DNA of 64,000 nucleotides from an uncultured Gammaproteobacteria bacterium (GCA_964367095.1 CAYIXE010000001.1:2803-66802); one strand, 5' to 3'; positions 1-9,839 are shown, counted from the first letter of the stretch. Notes: generated from the sequence alone by a model not told the origin. A program made the numbers and translations.

Positions 1-159
1 CTTGCGAAGAGACATTGATTGATTAATCTGCACAATAGAAAAACTCATATCACCAAAGTTCCGCTGACAATAAATTCTCGCAAAATACCCACGGTGGTCA
101 ACATGAGGCTCAGGGTCAATAAGTTTAACTTCATCAAATGCCGTTTTCGAAAAAATCAT
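1..159 (-). CDS. dTDP/CDP-4-keto-6-deoxyhexose 3,5-epimerase-like (RmlC cupin family), N-terminal fragment; the gene continues past the window start
   Basis: Reverse-complement translation from the ATG at 159-157 gives MIFSKTAFDEVKLIDPEPHVDHRGYFARIY..., which resembles RmlC N-termini (VKLIEPKVFGDERGFF). Its start forms an ATGA overlap with the stop of the 156..1115 gene. The six-frame track missed it; the plus-strand ORF 19..261 overlaps it and is likely spurious. Confidence 0.5.
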   Translation of the reverse strand, partial: MIFSKTAFDEVKLIDPEPHVDHRGYFARIYCQRNFGDMSFSIVQINQSMSLRK

Positions 160-1115
160 AACTTTGCCCTATACCATTCAATAATTGATTGTATCGTTGT
201 ATCAAAAGTAAATTTATTCTTCCATCCAAGAGCCCTAATCTTTGTATCATCTAAGTGTTGATATGGAATTTCATTATGTGCGATATTTTGAATATTATAT
301 TCAATTTTTTTCCCAAGCTTATTTTCTACTTTTTTTAGTACCTCTATAACATTCAAATGGTCAGATGAGGAAAAATTATATGCTTCACCAATTGTTTTAT
401 GCAACTTATCCAATAAAACCAGATACCCATCTACTACGTCTTTTACATACAAATAATCACGTTCATAAGTGCCATCGCTGCGCACTTCCAAAACTTCGTT
501 TTTGACAACTGACCTGCATATCCCAGGAATCAATCGGTTAAAATGAAAATCACCTTCTCCATATACATTTCCAAACCGAGTAACAACTACCGGAAGATTA
601 TACGTAACGTAATAGGCTCTCGAAATGATATCAGCACAAGCTTTTGAAGCATCATAGGGATGATCGCCAGCCAAGGGAGATAATTCAGTATAGTCAGACG
701 TAGTTTTGCCATACGCTTTATCAGAAGACGCCACAATCACTCCCTTGATTCCTTTACAAAATCTTAGCGCTTCCAGTACATTTATTGTTCCCATAATATT
801 TGTATCAAAGGCTGTACAAGGATCATCGAAACTGGATTCAACAATTGCCTCCGCTGCCAAATGATAAACATAGTCCGGCTTAATTTCCATTATTAAATTC
901 TTTACAGCATCCCGATGACGAATATCAAGGTTGATAACACGCACTTTTGAAGCAAGTTTTAATACTGTAAAATAGGATAACTCAGGGAATACATTATCAA
1001 TAACGACAACGTCCACTCCCTCAGCAACTAAACGCTCGGTTAAATGACTACCTATAAATCCAGCCCCACCCGTCACTATTATCTTTGCCTTATTTAATTT
1101 TTCCATACTTTCCAT
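156..1115 (-). CDS. NAD-dependent sugar epimerase/dehydratase (extended SDR), possibly a CDP-glucose 4,6-dehydratase-like enzyme
   Basis: Rossmann motif IIVTGGAGFIGSHL. Has SSDKAYG and YDASKACAD catalytic motifs that resemble the SDKCYD / YSNSKGCAE of CDP-glucose 4,6-dehydratases. Lies next to rfbF. Confidence 0.75.
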   Translation of the reverse strand: MESMEKLNKAKIIVTGGAGFIGSHLTERLVAEGVDVVVIDNVFPELSYFTVLKLASKVRVINLDIRHRDAVKNLIMEIKPDYVYHLAAEAIVESSFDDPCTAFDTNIMGTINVLEALRFCKGIKGVIVASSDKAYGKTTSDYTELSPLAGDHPYDASKACADIISRAYYVTYNLPVVVTRFGNVYGEGDFHFNRLIPGICRSVVKNEVLEVRSDGTYERDYLYVKDVVDGYLVLLDKLHKTIGEAYNFSSSDHLNVIEVLKKVENKLGKKIEYNIQNIAHNEIPYQHLDDTKIRALGWKNKFTFDTTIQSIIEWYRAKL

Positions 1116-1879
1116 TTCGGATCTTCTTCCCAGTATCGATTCAGACTTTCTACATCAGCATATGTATCCATGCAATGCCAAAATCCATCATGGAGGTAAA
1201 CAGATAGTTGACGTTCGGAAATTAAACGTTTTATTGCCGGATGTTCGAATTCACCCAGACGCAGGTAGTCAAAAAAACTTTGTTTAAACACCATAAAGCC
1301 ACCATTTACTCTTCCACTTAGAACTGGTTTCTCTACAAACTTAGTTGCTATATTCTGCTGATTAATCCGTAGTAACCCATACTTACTTCTTGGATATACT
1401 CCGCTTATAGATCCTATGGTTTTCTGTTTTTTATGAAAATCAACCAGATCCTTAATATTCACGTCACCCACGCCGTCCCCATACGTCACCATGAAATCCT
1501 CATCTTCGGAAGAAATATAATCTTTACACCGCAGTATTCTTTCACCTGGCAATGCTTCCTCTCCTGTGTCTACAAAAGTGATCTTAAAGTCATCAATAAG
1601 CCGACCATCCGTTTTATCACGGTGGATTCGAGTTGCGCTGGTCTTTAGATGGAGAGTAAAATCATGAAGAAAATATTTTTGATTCAAAAAATAATCCTTT
1701 ATATAATTTCCCTTATATCCAAGCGCAATAATAAATTCATTGAATCCATAATGGGCATATATCTTCATGATATGCCAAAGGATAGGCTTGCCACCGATAA
1801 GAACCATTGGCTTAGGCTTAAATTCCGTTTCCTCTTTAAGCCTGTATCCTAACCCACCACATAAAATTATTGTCTTCAT
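1094..1879 (-). CDS. rfbF: glucose-1-phosphate cytidylyltransferase
   Basis: N-terminus MKTIILCGGLGYRLKEETEFKPKPMVLIGGKPILWHIMKIYAHYGFNEFIIALGYKG closely matches RfbF/DdhA. Length 261 aa. Confidence 0.8.
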   Translation of the reverse strand: MKTIILCGGLGYRLKEETEFKPKPMVLIGGKPILWHIMKIYAHYGFNEFIIALGYKGNYIKDYFLNQKYFLHDFTLHLKTSATRIHRDKTDGRLIDDFKITFVDTGEEALPGERILRCKDYISSEDEDFMVTYGDGVGDVNIKDLVDFHKKQKTIGSISGVYPRSKYGLLRINQQNIATKFVEKPVLSGRVNGGFMVFKQSFFDYLRLGEFEHPAIKRLISERQLSVYLHDGFWHCMDTYADVESLNRYWEEDPKWKVWKN

Positions 1880-1884
1880 ATATA

Positions 1885-2877
1885 TTAATTATCTTCGTCA
1901 AAAATAAAGAAAGTTCTCACCATCCAGTATATTTCATAATAGATAAAAAAGATATTTAACACTGGAACACAGAGAATATAGGGATTCAATAATGTTGATC
2001 GAGTGATAAACATCTTCCAAGAATATACAATGGAATAAGTAAGCAATAATACTGCACCAACGACGTGAAGAAAAGGTAAAAACGGTAACAAACCCAATAC
2101 AGGCTTTATTAAAAAAACAATAATAGCCATAGGCGAAAGATCATTACTTCTAATTCTCAATACCCTACCGTAAGCTCGCGCAAACACCCATTTTCTCTTT
2201 ACTACATCTTTTATGGAAAAACTATCACCTTTGTAGTGCATGTGAATCACCTTTGCTTTGCTTTGTGCTATCTTACCAACCTTTTTGAGTCTAGCATGCA
2301 AATCAGCATCTTCACCGCCAACCGGTTTTTTACCACCAAAATTTTTTTCATCACTTCCTCCTACATCAAGAAATGTATCCTTTTTATAACAATCAAACTT
2401 TCCAGTAAGCGACGCTCTCTCTCTTCCAACTGAATTTGCAAATATATACTTTTGCCAAAAGCCATACTCATTCCAGATTTTCTCCGGTAGGAGCTCATAA
2501 GAACCACTCGCCACCACAGAAGAATCATTTAGAAAAGGTTGAATTAATTTATCTAATTCGAAAGCAGATGATAGACTCGAATCAGAGTGAAATGTCACTA
2601 AATAGTTACCTTTTGCTAACTTGGCTCCAAGATTATAACTTGCCGATACTCCGTACAATCTCTCACGCACGACGATAGTTATATTTAATTTTCTATTCTT
2701 CGTTTTAAATTCCTTAACAAGCCGCACGGAATCATCCGTTGAATGATTATCTATAACAATAATCTCCCTAACTCTGTATTTCTGTTTTTTTATACTCTCT
2801 AACGCCTCAAGTATCGTCGTTTCCGCGTTATAAACAAGAATAATTATCGATATATCAATTTTTCTAAATTTTTTCAT
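1885..2877 (-). CDS. GT2 glycosyltransferase with C-terminal transmembrane helices (ArnC/GtrB-like polyprenyl-phosphate glycosyltransferase architecture)
   Basis: IIILVYNAE...IIVIDNHSTDDS GT-A N-terminus. Hydrophobic C-terminal segment (IIVFLIKPVLGLLPFLPFLHVVGAVLLL...). About 330 aa. Confidence 0.65.
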   Translation of the reverse strand: MKKFRKIDISIIILVYNAETTILEALESIKKQKYRVREIIVIDNHSTDDSVRLVKEFKTKNRKLNITIVVRERLYGVSASYNLGAKLAKGNYLVTFHSDSSLSSAFELDKLIQPFLNDSSVVASGSYELLPEKIWNEYGFWQKYIFANSVGRERASLTGKFDCYKKDTFLDVGGSDEKNFGGKKPVGGEDADLHARLKKVGKIAQSKAKVIHMHYKGDSFSIKDVVKRKWVFARAYGRVLRIRSNDLSPMAIIVFLIKPVLGLLPFLPFLHVVGAVLLLTYSIVYSWKMFITRSTLLNPYILCVPVLNIFFIYYEIYWMVRTFFIFDEDN

Positions 2878-2925
2878 AATTCTTAGTGCTAAAGTGTATC
2901 ATATATACTATTACCTGTATGTTTA

Positions 2926-4035
2926 TCATTCGATTGATTCTAACAGTGTAAATGCTTCGTAATAATACTGCTCATATTCAAATTCTTCTGCAAAGAATTG
3001 CACGCCCTGTTGATATTGAGCGTATTGAGTTTGTATCTTTTTTAATGCAGTTGATAACTCTGATACACTCTCTATCACGAACCCTGCATGAAATTTACGT
3101 ATGAATGAAACGATGGCTGATGTATTCGTCATTATAACTGGCAGTCCCATTTCTATATATGTTTTTACCTTTCCAGGGTCAGTATAGTGTGTAGCAGTAT
3201 GTACGCCTTTTTCATACAGCGCGATTCCTACATGATGACGAATACTTAGTTTTTTGAGTTCTTCATCACTCACAAACGTGTTCGGGAACCAAACTCGATT
3301 TGAAATTTTATATTTCTTAATTAACAAAACATAGTTATCATATAGCGTCCTCTCGCATACACCAATAATTGATAACTCTACTTTCGAAGTATTTTTTATA
3401 AAAAGCAACAAATCCTCAATACCCTGAGAGGGACGGATCGCGCCTACAAATATTAATCTAAACGGAGATGTAATCGTTTTTGAAGGACCTGTATACGCTT
3501 TTACACCCCACATAACTGTTTTTTTATTCGGAAGACTAACGATCTTACCGTTATAAATACTATTTATTTTGTCACTTAAATAGTACGTAAAGGGTATTCG
3601 ATCATGGTAATATTTTTTCAGTTTTTCAAAAAGGATGAGTGACCAATGCACTGGAGGGTAATAATCTCCTATCCAGTATACATACTCCACTTTTCGCACG
3701 AGCTTGATAATACTCATGCCAAAGAATGCAATAGGATGGCCAGCCAAGATAAAAACATGTTCATTTCGAGAAAAATAGGTAAAGAGCGTCGTGGTATGGT
3801 GATAAAACCACAGAACATAATAGAGAAACAGGTTTGATGACGTCGAAATGATTCGTTTCTCTTGTACGTTTCCTTCTTTATACACCCAAAGCTCGTTTGA
3901 AATTCCACTCAACCTCGGCATAATGACATAAATGACCAGTTTTCTTGTGTGTTTGATAAAGTAATTCATCGTATTCCCGACGCTTTGCAGGCTTCCGTAC
4001 ATAAATATAGTGTCATAACGAAATATAGCTTTCAT
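2926..4035 (-). CDS. GT4 (GT-B fold) glycosyltransferase
   Basis: GT4-like C-terminal half (FVGAIRPSQGIEDLL...GLPVIMT). ATGA overlap with the gene at 4032. Confidence 0.65.
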   Translation of the reverse strand: MKAIFRYDTIFMYGSLQSVGNTMNYFIKHTRKLVIYVIMPRLSGISNELWVYKEGNVQEKRIISTSSNLFLYYVLWFYHHTTTLFTYFSRNEHVFILAGHPIAFFGMSIIKLVRKVEYVYWIGDYYPPVHWSLILFEKLKKYYHDRIPFTYYLSDKINSIYNGKIVSLPNKKTVMWGVKAYTGPSKTITSPFRLIFVGAIRPSQGIEDLLLFIKNTSKVELSIIGVCERTLYDNYVLLIKKYKISNRVWFPNTFVSDEELKKLSIRHHVGIALYEKGVHTATHYTDPGKVKTYIEMGLPVIMTNTSAIVSFIRKFHAGFVIESVSELSTALKKIQTQYAQYQQGVQFFAEEFEYEQYYYEAFTLLESIE

Positions 4036-4904
4036 TTCTTTTTAAGAATGCTGACAATATTGCTTGCTCCGTAAGAAAAACGACTAAAGTATTCATCTAC
4101 CTTTTCTCCCCTTTTGTCCCATCGCGAATCTTTCGTAAGCATTTTAAACGCTAAACAAACTATCTTTCCCAAACTCCCCGTATAATACGTCTTCATTTCT
4201 CTAAATCTACTGAAACCCACAAGAATTCGTTCCCTTGTATACCGGCGGAGATGACCAATCCTTCTATCGTGAATCATGTTTATCGGCCAAAGAAATGGCC
4301 AAACATATTTTAAATGAATGGGCATTGCAAGCATCAACAAAGCCTTATTCTTAAGCACACGCTCAATTTCTTTGATAGCTTTTTTTTCCTGCGGAAGGTG
4401 CTCTAATATTGCATTTGCCACCATCCCGTCAGCGCTTTTTGCTTTTATGGGTAACTCCTCGGAACTTGCACAGGTTAATAAAACATTTTTTTGTAATTTC
4501 AATTTTGCAATATTTACTCTAAGCTTGTGTAGTTCTGCAAACGTCAAGTCAGTTGCGATGACATGAAACCCACGTTTCGCTAACTCAATCGCCATATATC
4601 CACTTCCGGTCGCGTTATCTATGATAAGCCCCTTCGTCTGCACAGAGGAAGAAATAAAATTGTCTATATATCTTTTTTGCCATGGCTCCAATACGTATGA
4701 TTGTCGAGATAAATCTTCCTTTTCAAAATACTTCACCTGATTTTGTAAATGAGTAGGTAATGTGGAAAGATTAACAAGTATTGGTATTCCATTTACTATT
4801 GCATACTGCTTCTTACACTTTCGACAATATAAACTCTTTGATTCACTCACAAGCGAGTGTTTACATATTGGACAACAAAGGTATTTAAGCAAAAGATGAT
4901 TCAT
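4032..4904 (-). CDS. SAM-dependent methyltransferase with N-terminal Trm112-like zinc-ribbon
   Basis: N-terminus LKYLCCPICKHSL...YCRKCKKQYAIVNGIPILV (Trm112/DUF343-like CxxC...CxxC), followed by the class-I MTase motif IIDNATGSGYMAIELAKRGFHVIATDL. Confidence 0.7.
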   Translation of the reverse strand: MNHLLLKYLCCPICKHSLVSESKSLYCRKCKKQYAIVNGIPILVNLSTLPTHLQNQVKYFEKEDLSRQSYVLEPWQKRYIDNFISSSVQTKGLIIDNATGSGYMAIELAKRGFHVIATDLTFAELHKLRVNIAKLKLQKNVLLTCASSEELPIKAKSADGMVANAILEHLPQEKKAIKEIERVLKNKALLMLAMPIHLKYVWPFLWPINMIHDRRIGHLRRYTRERILVGFSRFREMKTYYTGSLGKIVCLAFKMLTKDSRWDKRGEKVDEYFSRFSYGASNIVSILKKK

Positions 4905-4937
4905 ACTCTAAAAAATGCGTGAGCTTTCGTACGTGCT

Positions 4938-4975
4938 CGTAGTATATCGTTTCTCTCATCGAATCGCCACACGAC
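4938..4975 (-). promoter_or_regulatory. conserved promoter-like motif upstream of the methyltransferase gene (copy 1 of 2)
   Basis: CGTAGTATATCGTTTCTCTCATCGAATCGCCA shares 18 identical nt plus the flanking ATCGAATCGCCA-like core with 9313-9350. On the transcribed strand it reads ...TGGCGATTCGATGAGAGAAACGATATACTAC, with TATACT as a -10 candidate about 36 nt upstream of the ATG at 4904. Confidence 0.4.
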
Positions 4976-5025
4976 TTCTAATCGCATGTTGTTCTTTGCG
5001 TATCATTATGATACGCTAAACACAT

Positions 5026-6078
5026 ATGAATGATACGCAGATAAATTCAAGACAGCATAAATTGCTCAATTATCTTCTCATTAATTCTTTTTCTTCAAGA
5101 GCAGAGCTAACAAAAGCTATTGCAGATGAAAAAGGCTCCCGTATAACTATTATACGTGATTTAAACCACCTGCTGAATCTTGGTTGGATTGAGCAATCGG
5201 GAGGTGGAAAACATATAAAGTATAGCCTTAAAATGGGTAAGGAATTGCTTATCCCAGTTGATATTGAGGAATATTTTTTAAAAACTACTGATGCTAGAAA
5301 TATCACGTATCAGCATTTCAATTTTTCAGTAATTGATAATCTGTCTGGACTATTTTCAAAAGAAGAACTTAATCTTTTTGAACTGGGAAGAATAAAATTA
5401 CAGTATAAATTTACATCGCTGGATAAAACGCTGCTTAAACGAGAGCTCGAACGATTCACCATCGAACTCAGTTGGAAATCTTCTCAAATTGAAGGAAATA
5501 CCTATTCATTATTAGAAACTGAAGAGTTAATAAAGAATAAGAAAGAAGCAAAAGGTCATGACAAAAGTGAGGCGATCATGATTCTCAACCATAAAAATAC
5601 ATTTGATACCATACTTGAAAAAAAAGATGGCTTCAAAGAAATTACTGTTTCTGGTATCAGATCAATACATTCTGAACTTATACAAGATCTCAATGTGACT
5701 TCTGGCATCCGTGAGTCAGGAGTTGGCATCACCGGCACTAAGTATCTTCCTCTTGATAACAAATGGCAAATTGAAGAAGCTTTAACAAAAATCGTCGTGT
5801 GTGCAAAAAGGACCGATGCCATAGCTGAAAAGGCGTTAACTTTCCTTGCGATGATCGCGTATTTACAACCATTTACCGATGGAAACAAGCGAACATCGCG
5901 AATGATTAGTAACGCCATTTTGTTGGCTAACGGCTACTTCCCTCTCTCATACAGAAGCGTTGATGAAGTGGAATATAAAAAGGCTTTAATTCTTTTCTAC
6001 GAACAGAATAATATGTTTCACTTAAAAAGAATATTTCTAGAGCAGCAACAATTCGCTATGGATAATTACTTCCTATAA
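5026..6078 (+). CDS. Fic/Doc family protein with N-terminal winged-HTH-like region and a non-canonical active-site motif
   Basis: Fic-fold core. The motif position reads YLQPFTDGNKRTSRMI instead of HPFx(D/E)GNGRxxR: His is replaced by Gln and GNGR by GNKR (Doc-like NKR). N-terminus KLLNYLLINSFSSRAELTKAIADEKGSRITIIRDLNHLLNLGWIEQ looks like a wHTH. Confidence 0.7.
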   Translation: MNDTQINSRQHKLLNYLLINSFSSRAELTKAIADEKGSRITIIRDLNHLLNLGWIEQSGGGKHIKYSLKMGKELLIPVDIEEYFLKTTDARNITYQHFNFSVIDNLSGLFSKEELNLFELGRIKLQYKFTSLDKTLLKRELERFTIELSWKSSQIEGNTYSLLETEELIKNKKEAKGHDKSEAIMILNHKNTFDTILEKKDGFKEITVSGIRSIHSELIQDLNVTSGIRESGVGITGTKYLPLDNKWQIEEALTKIVVCAKRTDAIAEKALTFLAMIAYLQPFTDGNKRTSRMISNAILLANGYFPLSYRSVDEVEYKKALILFYEQNNMFHLKRIFLEQQQFAMDNYFL

Positions 6079-7251
6079 TGGAGAGATGGAGCTTGTAACA
6101 ATCAATATCTTCTCAAATATCGTTTGCCACGTAAATGTACGCGCTTGTTTTCTCGCTGCCTGCTTAGCTCTTGAGAGGTTCTTTGTATCGGAAAGAATAG
6201 CGACTATCGCACGTGCGATATCTTGATTATTATACGATACTACAAACGCACATCCTACTTTCTCAAGTGTCTTTGCATTGTATGAAACATCGGTCATAAG
6301 AATCGGAACACCGCAAGAAAGATATGTTTTTATTTTTGTCGGATCTGCATAGTAACTAAAATTTGTTGTATCTCTCCCGCTTGGCATATACGTAGCCAAA
6401 GCTATATCTGATTTTATAATTTCTTTTTGTATGGCTGCTTGGTCAGATTGCCATCCCATAAACTGCACATGTTTTTCTAAAGATAGCGATTCCACAAGTT
6501 CCCGAAGCGGCTGTTCATACTCTCCGCCACCTATAATCGTCAACGAAACACGCGGCAATTTTTTTAGTATAGCGGGCATTGCGCGAATAACCTCCTGAAC
6601 CCCTTGTTTTTCAAGCAAATGCCCAACAAAAATAAGTCGGTAATCATTTTTGACTTTTATCTTCTTTACAATATCTTTTTCCCAAACGCCGATTGGTACG
6701 ACTATTTGTTTATCCTTCGTAGTTTTGAGTCCTAAAAACTTTTTTCTCCCTTCTTCTATTCGTGGCGATACATTCCAACATATATCAGAGTATCTAACCG
6801 CGAAACACTCCATACTATGATAGATGTAATTAATCAGCCAAATATTACTTCGCTTTGGACTAAAATCAATCGCATAAAACACCACTTTATCGACAATTCC
6901 AAAAACGTGAAGCAGTACCCCGACACAGGCATTTAATGGATTAACGCCTATATAAAGGTAAGACGCTTTTGTTAATTTCACACATTCAATAATTGTCGCA
7001 AGTGCATCACGGAAAAATGCTGTTACCGATCCGGCAGACACTCGCTTCACGCTTTTTGTATGGATATTTCTTCCTTTTCTATACACACGTTGTGTGTACG
7101 TTGAATTCTCTGCAAGCAATGGATGACCGATGTATATCAGTGACTGTATTTTTTGAGAAATAAGATAATCACTAAGCGCTTCTGACGCACCATAAAAAAG
7201 CGTATGCGTCACTATGATGACCTGTTCGGGAGTGTTTAGGCGACTTTGCAT
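6073..7251 (-). CDS. GT4 (GT-B fold) glycosyltransferase
   Basis: GT4-like C-terminal domain ([20 protein letters not shown]...GVPILMTD). 392 aa. Confidence 0.7.
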   Translation of the reverse strand: MQSRLNTPEQVIIVTHTLFYGASEALSDYLISQKIQSLIYIGHPLLAENSTYTQRVYRKGRNIHTKSVKRVSAGSVTAFFRDALATIIECVKLTKASYLYIGVNPLNACVGVLLHVFGIVDKVVFYAIDFSPKRSNIWLINYIYHSMECFAVRYSDICWNVSPRIEEGRKKFLGLKTTKDKQIVVPIGVWEKDIVKKIKVKNDYRLIFVGHLLEKQGVQEVIRAMPAILKKLPRVSLTIIGGGEYEQPLRELVESLSLEKHVQFMGWQSDQAAIQKEIIKSDIALATYMPSGRDTTNFSYYADPTKIKTYLSCGVPILMTDVSYNAKTLEKVGCAFVVSYNNQDIARAIVAILSDTKNLSRAKQAARKQARTFTWQTIFEKILIVTSSISPL

Positions 7252-8282
7252 ATATCCTCCAGTATCCTATCGCCATTATAGGTATACTGCCAATTCGGAT
7301 AGTGTGATTGAAACTTCGACACATCAGAAATATACCAGATATGATCACCAATCCGCGGTGTATCGATATACGTCATTTTCGCCTTCTTGCCCACAATGGC
7401 TTCGATCTTTGCCACTGCCTCTAGAATAGAGGTATTAGAATGCCGTGATCCACCAATATTATATACTTCTCCAACTTTAGGTTTTTTGTACACTTCGTAA
7501 AATGCCGAGATCAAATCATGAGAGTGAATATTGTCCCGCACCTGCTTGCCTTTGTATCCAATGATCGAATATTGTCTTCCTTCTTTAATACACTTAATCA
7601 GATATGCCAAAAATCCATGGAGTTTGGCCGCGGAATGCGCAGGTCCTGTGAGGCACCCTCCGCGAAATATGACCGTATGGAGACCAAAGTATCTTCCGTA
7701 CTCCTGCACCATGAGGTCAGCTGCCGCTTTAGACACACCAAATACACTATGCGTGCATTGATCTATACTCATAGACTCGTCAATTCCTTTATAAAACTTG
7801 TGACTGGTCGGTAATTCGAATCGTGTCGATTTTTCCACCACTGGCAGTCGATTTGGCGTATCACCATACACTTTATTGGTCGACGTAAATATAAATGTAG
7901 CGTCTTTGGCATGTTTACGAAGATTTTCAAGAAGTAAAAGCGTCGCCTGTGCGTTTATAGAAAAATCCGTTAACGGCTCTTTGGCAGCCCAATCATGAGA
8001 TGGTTGAGCAGCAGTATGGATGATAAGATCAAATATATTTTTTTTGAAAATATCACCAATTTTTTTCTCGTCGCGTACATCTACCGCATGGTGCACATAT
8101 AAATGCTCTTCTTTGGACAGTTTTTTTCTCATCCAACTTGTGTCTCCATCAGCACCAAAAAAATACTTGCGCATATTATTATCTATTCCATGCACTTCAA
8201 ATCCTTTACCACAAAAAAATCGCACCGCTTCAGATCCGATAAGCCCCGCAGAACCCGTGATGAGAACTTTTTTCTTCTTCAT
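7236..8282 (-). CDS. CDP-paratose/tyvelose 2-epimerase-like SDR (RfbE-like)
   Basis: [12 protein letters not shown] Rossmann motif. [41 protein letters not shown] and [16 protein letters not shown] resemble CDP-tyvelose epimerase ([19 protein letters not shown]..., GNGKQVRDVLH). The track ORF start at 8333 is TTG; the ATG at 8282 ([10 protein letters not shown]) is preferred. Confidence 0.55.
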   Translation of the reverse strand: MKKKKVLITGSAGLIGSEAVRFFCGKGFEVHGIDNNMRKYFFGADGDTSWMRKKLSKEEHLYVHHAVDVRDEKKIGDIFKKNIFDLIIHTAAQPSHDWAAKEPLTDFSINAQATLLLLENLRKHAKDATFIFTSTNKVYGDTPNRLPVVEKSTRFELPTSHKFYKGIDESMSIDQCTHSVFGVSKAAADLMVQEYGRYFGLHTVIFRGGCLTGPAHSAAKLHGFLAYLIKCIKEGRQYSIIGYKGKQVRDNIHSHDLISAFYEVYKKPKVGEVYNIGGSRHSNTSILEAVAKIEAIVGKKAKMTYIDTPRIGDHIWYISDVSKFQSHYPNWQYTYNGDRILEDICKVA

Positions 8283-8304
8283 ATTACTTTTTACTTTCAA
8301 CTTT

Positions 8305-9279
8305 TTACTTTTTACTTTCGTTATACCACTCAATCGTTTTTTTGAGACCCTCTTCTAATTTCGTTTTCGCACGAAAACCAATTTTTTCAATAGCTTTTGT
8401 GTTATCACTATTTCTTCTCGGAGATCCGTCGGGCTTTGATGTATCAAATTCAATTTTTGTTTTCTTTCCTGACATGGACACAATCATTTCCACCAAGTCT
8501 TTTATCGATACTTCTTCATCAGTCCCAATATTGACAGGATCTGGCACAGGATATTTGTCTATGGCGTCAATGAGACCCTTGGCAAAGTCCTCCACATATA
8601 GAAACGCTCGAGTTTGTTTGCCACTTCCCCACACGCGCAAGGGATTCTCTCCATCAAACACTCGTTTGATAAGTGCCGGTATCACGTGAGATTTCTCAAT
8701 GTCGAAATGATCACGAGGTCCATATGCGTTATATGGCCTCACAATGCCCACCTTCATCCCATACTGCTGACTATAATACATTCCTAGCTTTTCTGCCATG
8801 CGCTTGGCCCATCCGTATCCGCCGTTGGTCGGCTCTGGCTCTCGTAAAAATCCTTCTGATTCGGCAGTTGGAATTTTGGCATCTGCGGGGTAAATACACG
8901 CTGACGATACAACTAAAAATCGCTCAACTTTTGTAAGTCTTGCCGCTTCAATCATAACGGAGGCAATTTTTAAATTATCAAAAAGCATGGTGGCCTGATG
9001 AGTTCGATTATATTCAATACCGCCCACTTTAGCTGCCAAATTCATCACCACCTGTTGCCCTTGACATGCTTTCAACGCATCCTGTTCACTCGCGCAGTCG
9101 CCTGAAATAAACTGAACTTTATCCTTAAGATATAGAATATTTTTGATTACTCCATCTCTCATGCGATCATATACCGTAACCTTTGCACCGAGAGACACAA
9201 GCTGTTCTACCACATGACTACCGATAAATCCAGTGCCCCCGGTCACTAACGCTTTTGTGTCCTGCCAAAAATTATTCAT
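8305..9279 (-). CDS. GDP-L-fucose synthase-like SDR (3,5-epimerase/4-reductase family; ColC/Fcl-like)
   Basis: [20 protein letters not shown] and [16 protein letters not shown] match Fcl-family signatures (SSCIYP ... VWGSG.P.REFLHVDD). The track start at 9351 is TTG and overlaps a conserved promoter motif, so the ATG at 9279 ([15 protein letters not shown]) is preferred. Confidence 0.6.
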   Translation of the reverse strand: MNNFWQDTKALVTGGTGFIGSHVVEQLVSLGAKVTVYDRMRDGVIKNILYLKDKVQFISGDCASEQDALKACQGQQVVMNLAAKVGGIEYNRTHQATMLFDNLKIASVMIEAARLTKVERFLVVSSACIYPADAKIPTAESEGFLREPEPTNGGYGWAKRMAEKLGMYYSQQYGMKVGIVRPYNAYGPRDHFDIEKSHVIPALIKRVFDGENPLRVWGSGKQTRAFLYVEDFAKGLIDAIDKYPVPDPVNIGTDEEVSIKDLVEMIVSMSGKKTKIEFDTSKPDGSPRRNSDNTKAIEKIGFRAKTKLEEGLKKTIEWYNESKK

Positions 9280-9312
9280 AGTTCCACCAATTTCATAGTC
9301 GCTTCCTGATAG

Positions 9313-9350
9313 ATTGTAGTATATCGTTTCTCTGATTGAATCGCCATCCA
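9313..9350 (-). promoter_or_regulatory. conserved promoter-like motif (copy 2 of 2) upstream of the Fcl-like SDR gene
   Basis: TTGTAGTATATCGTTTCTCTGATTGAATCGCCA is near-identical to 4938-4975. Its distance to the downstream ATG (9279) is about 37 nt, the same as copy 1. Confidence 0.4.
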
Positions 9351-9420
9351 AACGTTACTATCGTGCTACTAGCAATACATTTTGCCTTTTAACCTAAATT
9401 TTACCAACATACTCCCTCTA

Positions 9421-9448
9421 CACTTTCATTTATCGATAAATGAAAGTG
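9421..9448. promoter_or_regulatory. 28-bp perfect palindrome CACTTTCATTTATCGATAAATGAAAGTG (copy A), directly abutting the stop codon of the TrpR-like gene; candidate operator
   Basis: Exact 14+14 palindrome read from the sequence, identical to 9840-9867. It sits about 70 bp upstream of the conserved promoter motif of the downstream sugar operon. Confidence 0.6.
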
Positions 9449-9832
9449 TTACTTGTGATACCGCCGAAGATTGTACGCGAGTGTCTTTACTACCTTTTTC
9501 CAAAAATCTTCCATCTCCTCGCTATACATGCGTTTTTGAAGAAGCTTTTTTGTACTTTCTCCACCCTTATCCAACCATTCTGACACACGATTAATAGTAG
9601 AGGTGCTTACATGTAAAATATATACAATATCTTCGTAGTTAAATTGCTTATGAAGCATCATTGCAACCGCGAGACGTTTGGCAAACATAACACGTTCTGT
9701 CTTTGTAAAAAAATCATAGTAAAACGCTTTGACATCTTGCGGATTACGAATAGATTGAAGAACCCAAAGAAAATCATCCCTAATTGAATAATATACATCT
9801 TTATCAACCGGTCTTTTTGAAAGCTGTGTCAT
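9449..9832 (-). CDS. TrpR-like (YerC/YecD family) transcriptional regulator
   Basis: 127 aa. MFAKRLAVAMMLHKQFNYEDIVYILHVSTSTINRVSEWL fits the Trp-repressor-like YerC/YecD family. Flanked on both sides by identical palindromes. Confidence 0.6.
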   Translation of the reverse strand: MTQLSKRPVDKDVYYSIRDDFLWVLQSIRNPQDVKAFYYDFFTKTERVMFAKRLAVAMMLHKQFNYEDIVYILHVSTSTINRVSEWLDKGGESTKKLLQKRMYSEEMEDFWKKVVKTLAYNLRRYHK

Positions 9833-9839
9833 ATATCCT

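Noticed and set aside
19-261. Plus-strand 80-aa ORF at the window start
   Set aside because: It overlaps a better-supported minus-strand RmlC-like N-terminus (1..159) and the 3' end of the SDR gene, and it shows no recognizable motifs.
8283-8333. N-terminal extensions of several track ORFs (7236..8333, 8305..9351, 15826..17085, 20896..21183, 57092..58687, 60574..62235), including a Lys-rich AAAGTAAAAAGT-type repeat at 8283-8330
   Set aside because: These extensions begin at TTG codons, which the ORF finder reports as M, and they overlap neighbouring genes or the conserved promoter motif. Downstream in-frame ATGs give family-typical N-termini and ATGA couplings, so the extensions and the repeat-encoded KVKSKK stretch are probably untranslated.
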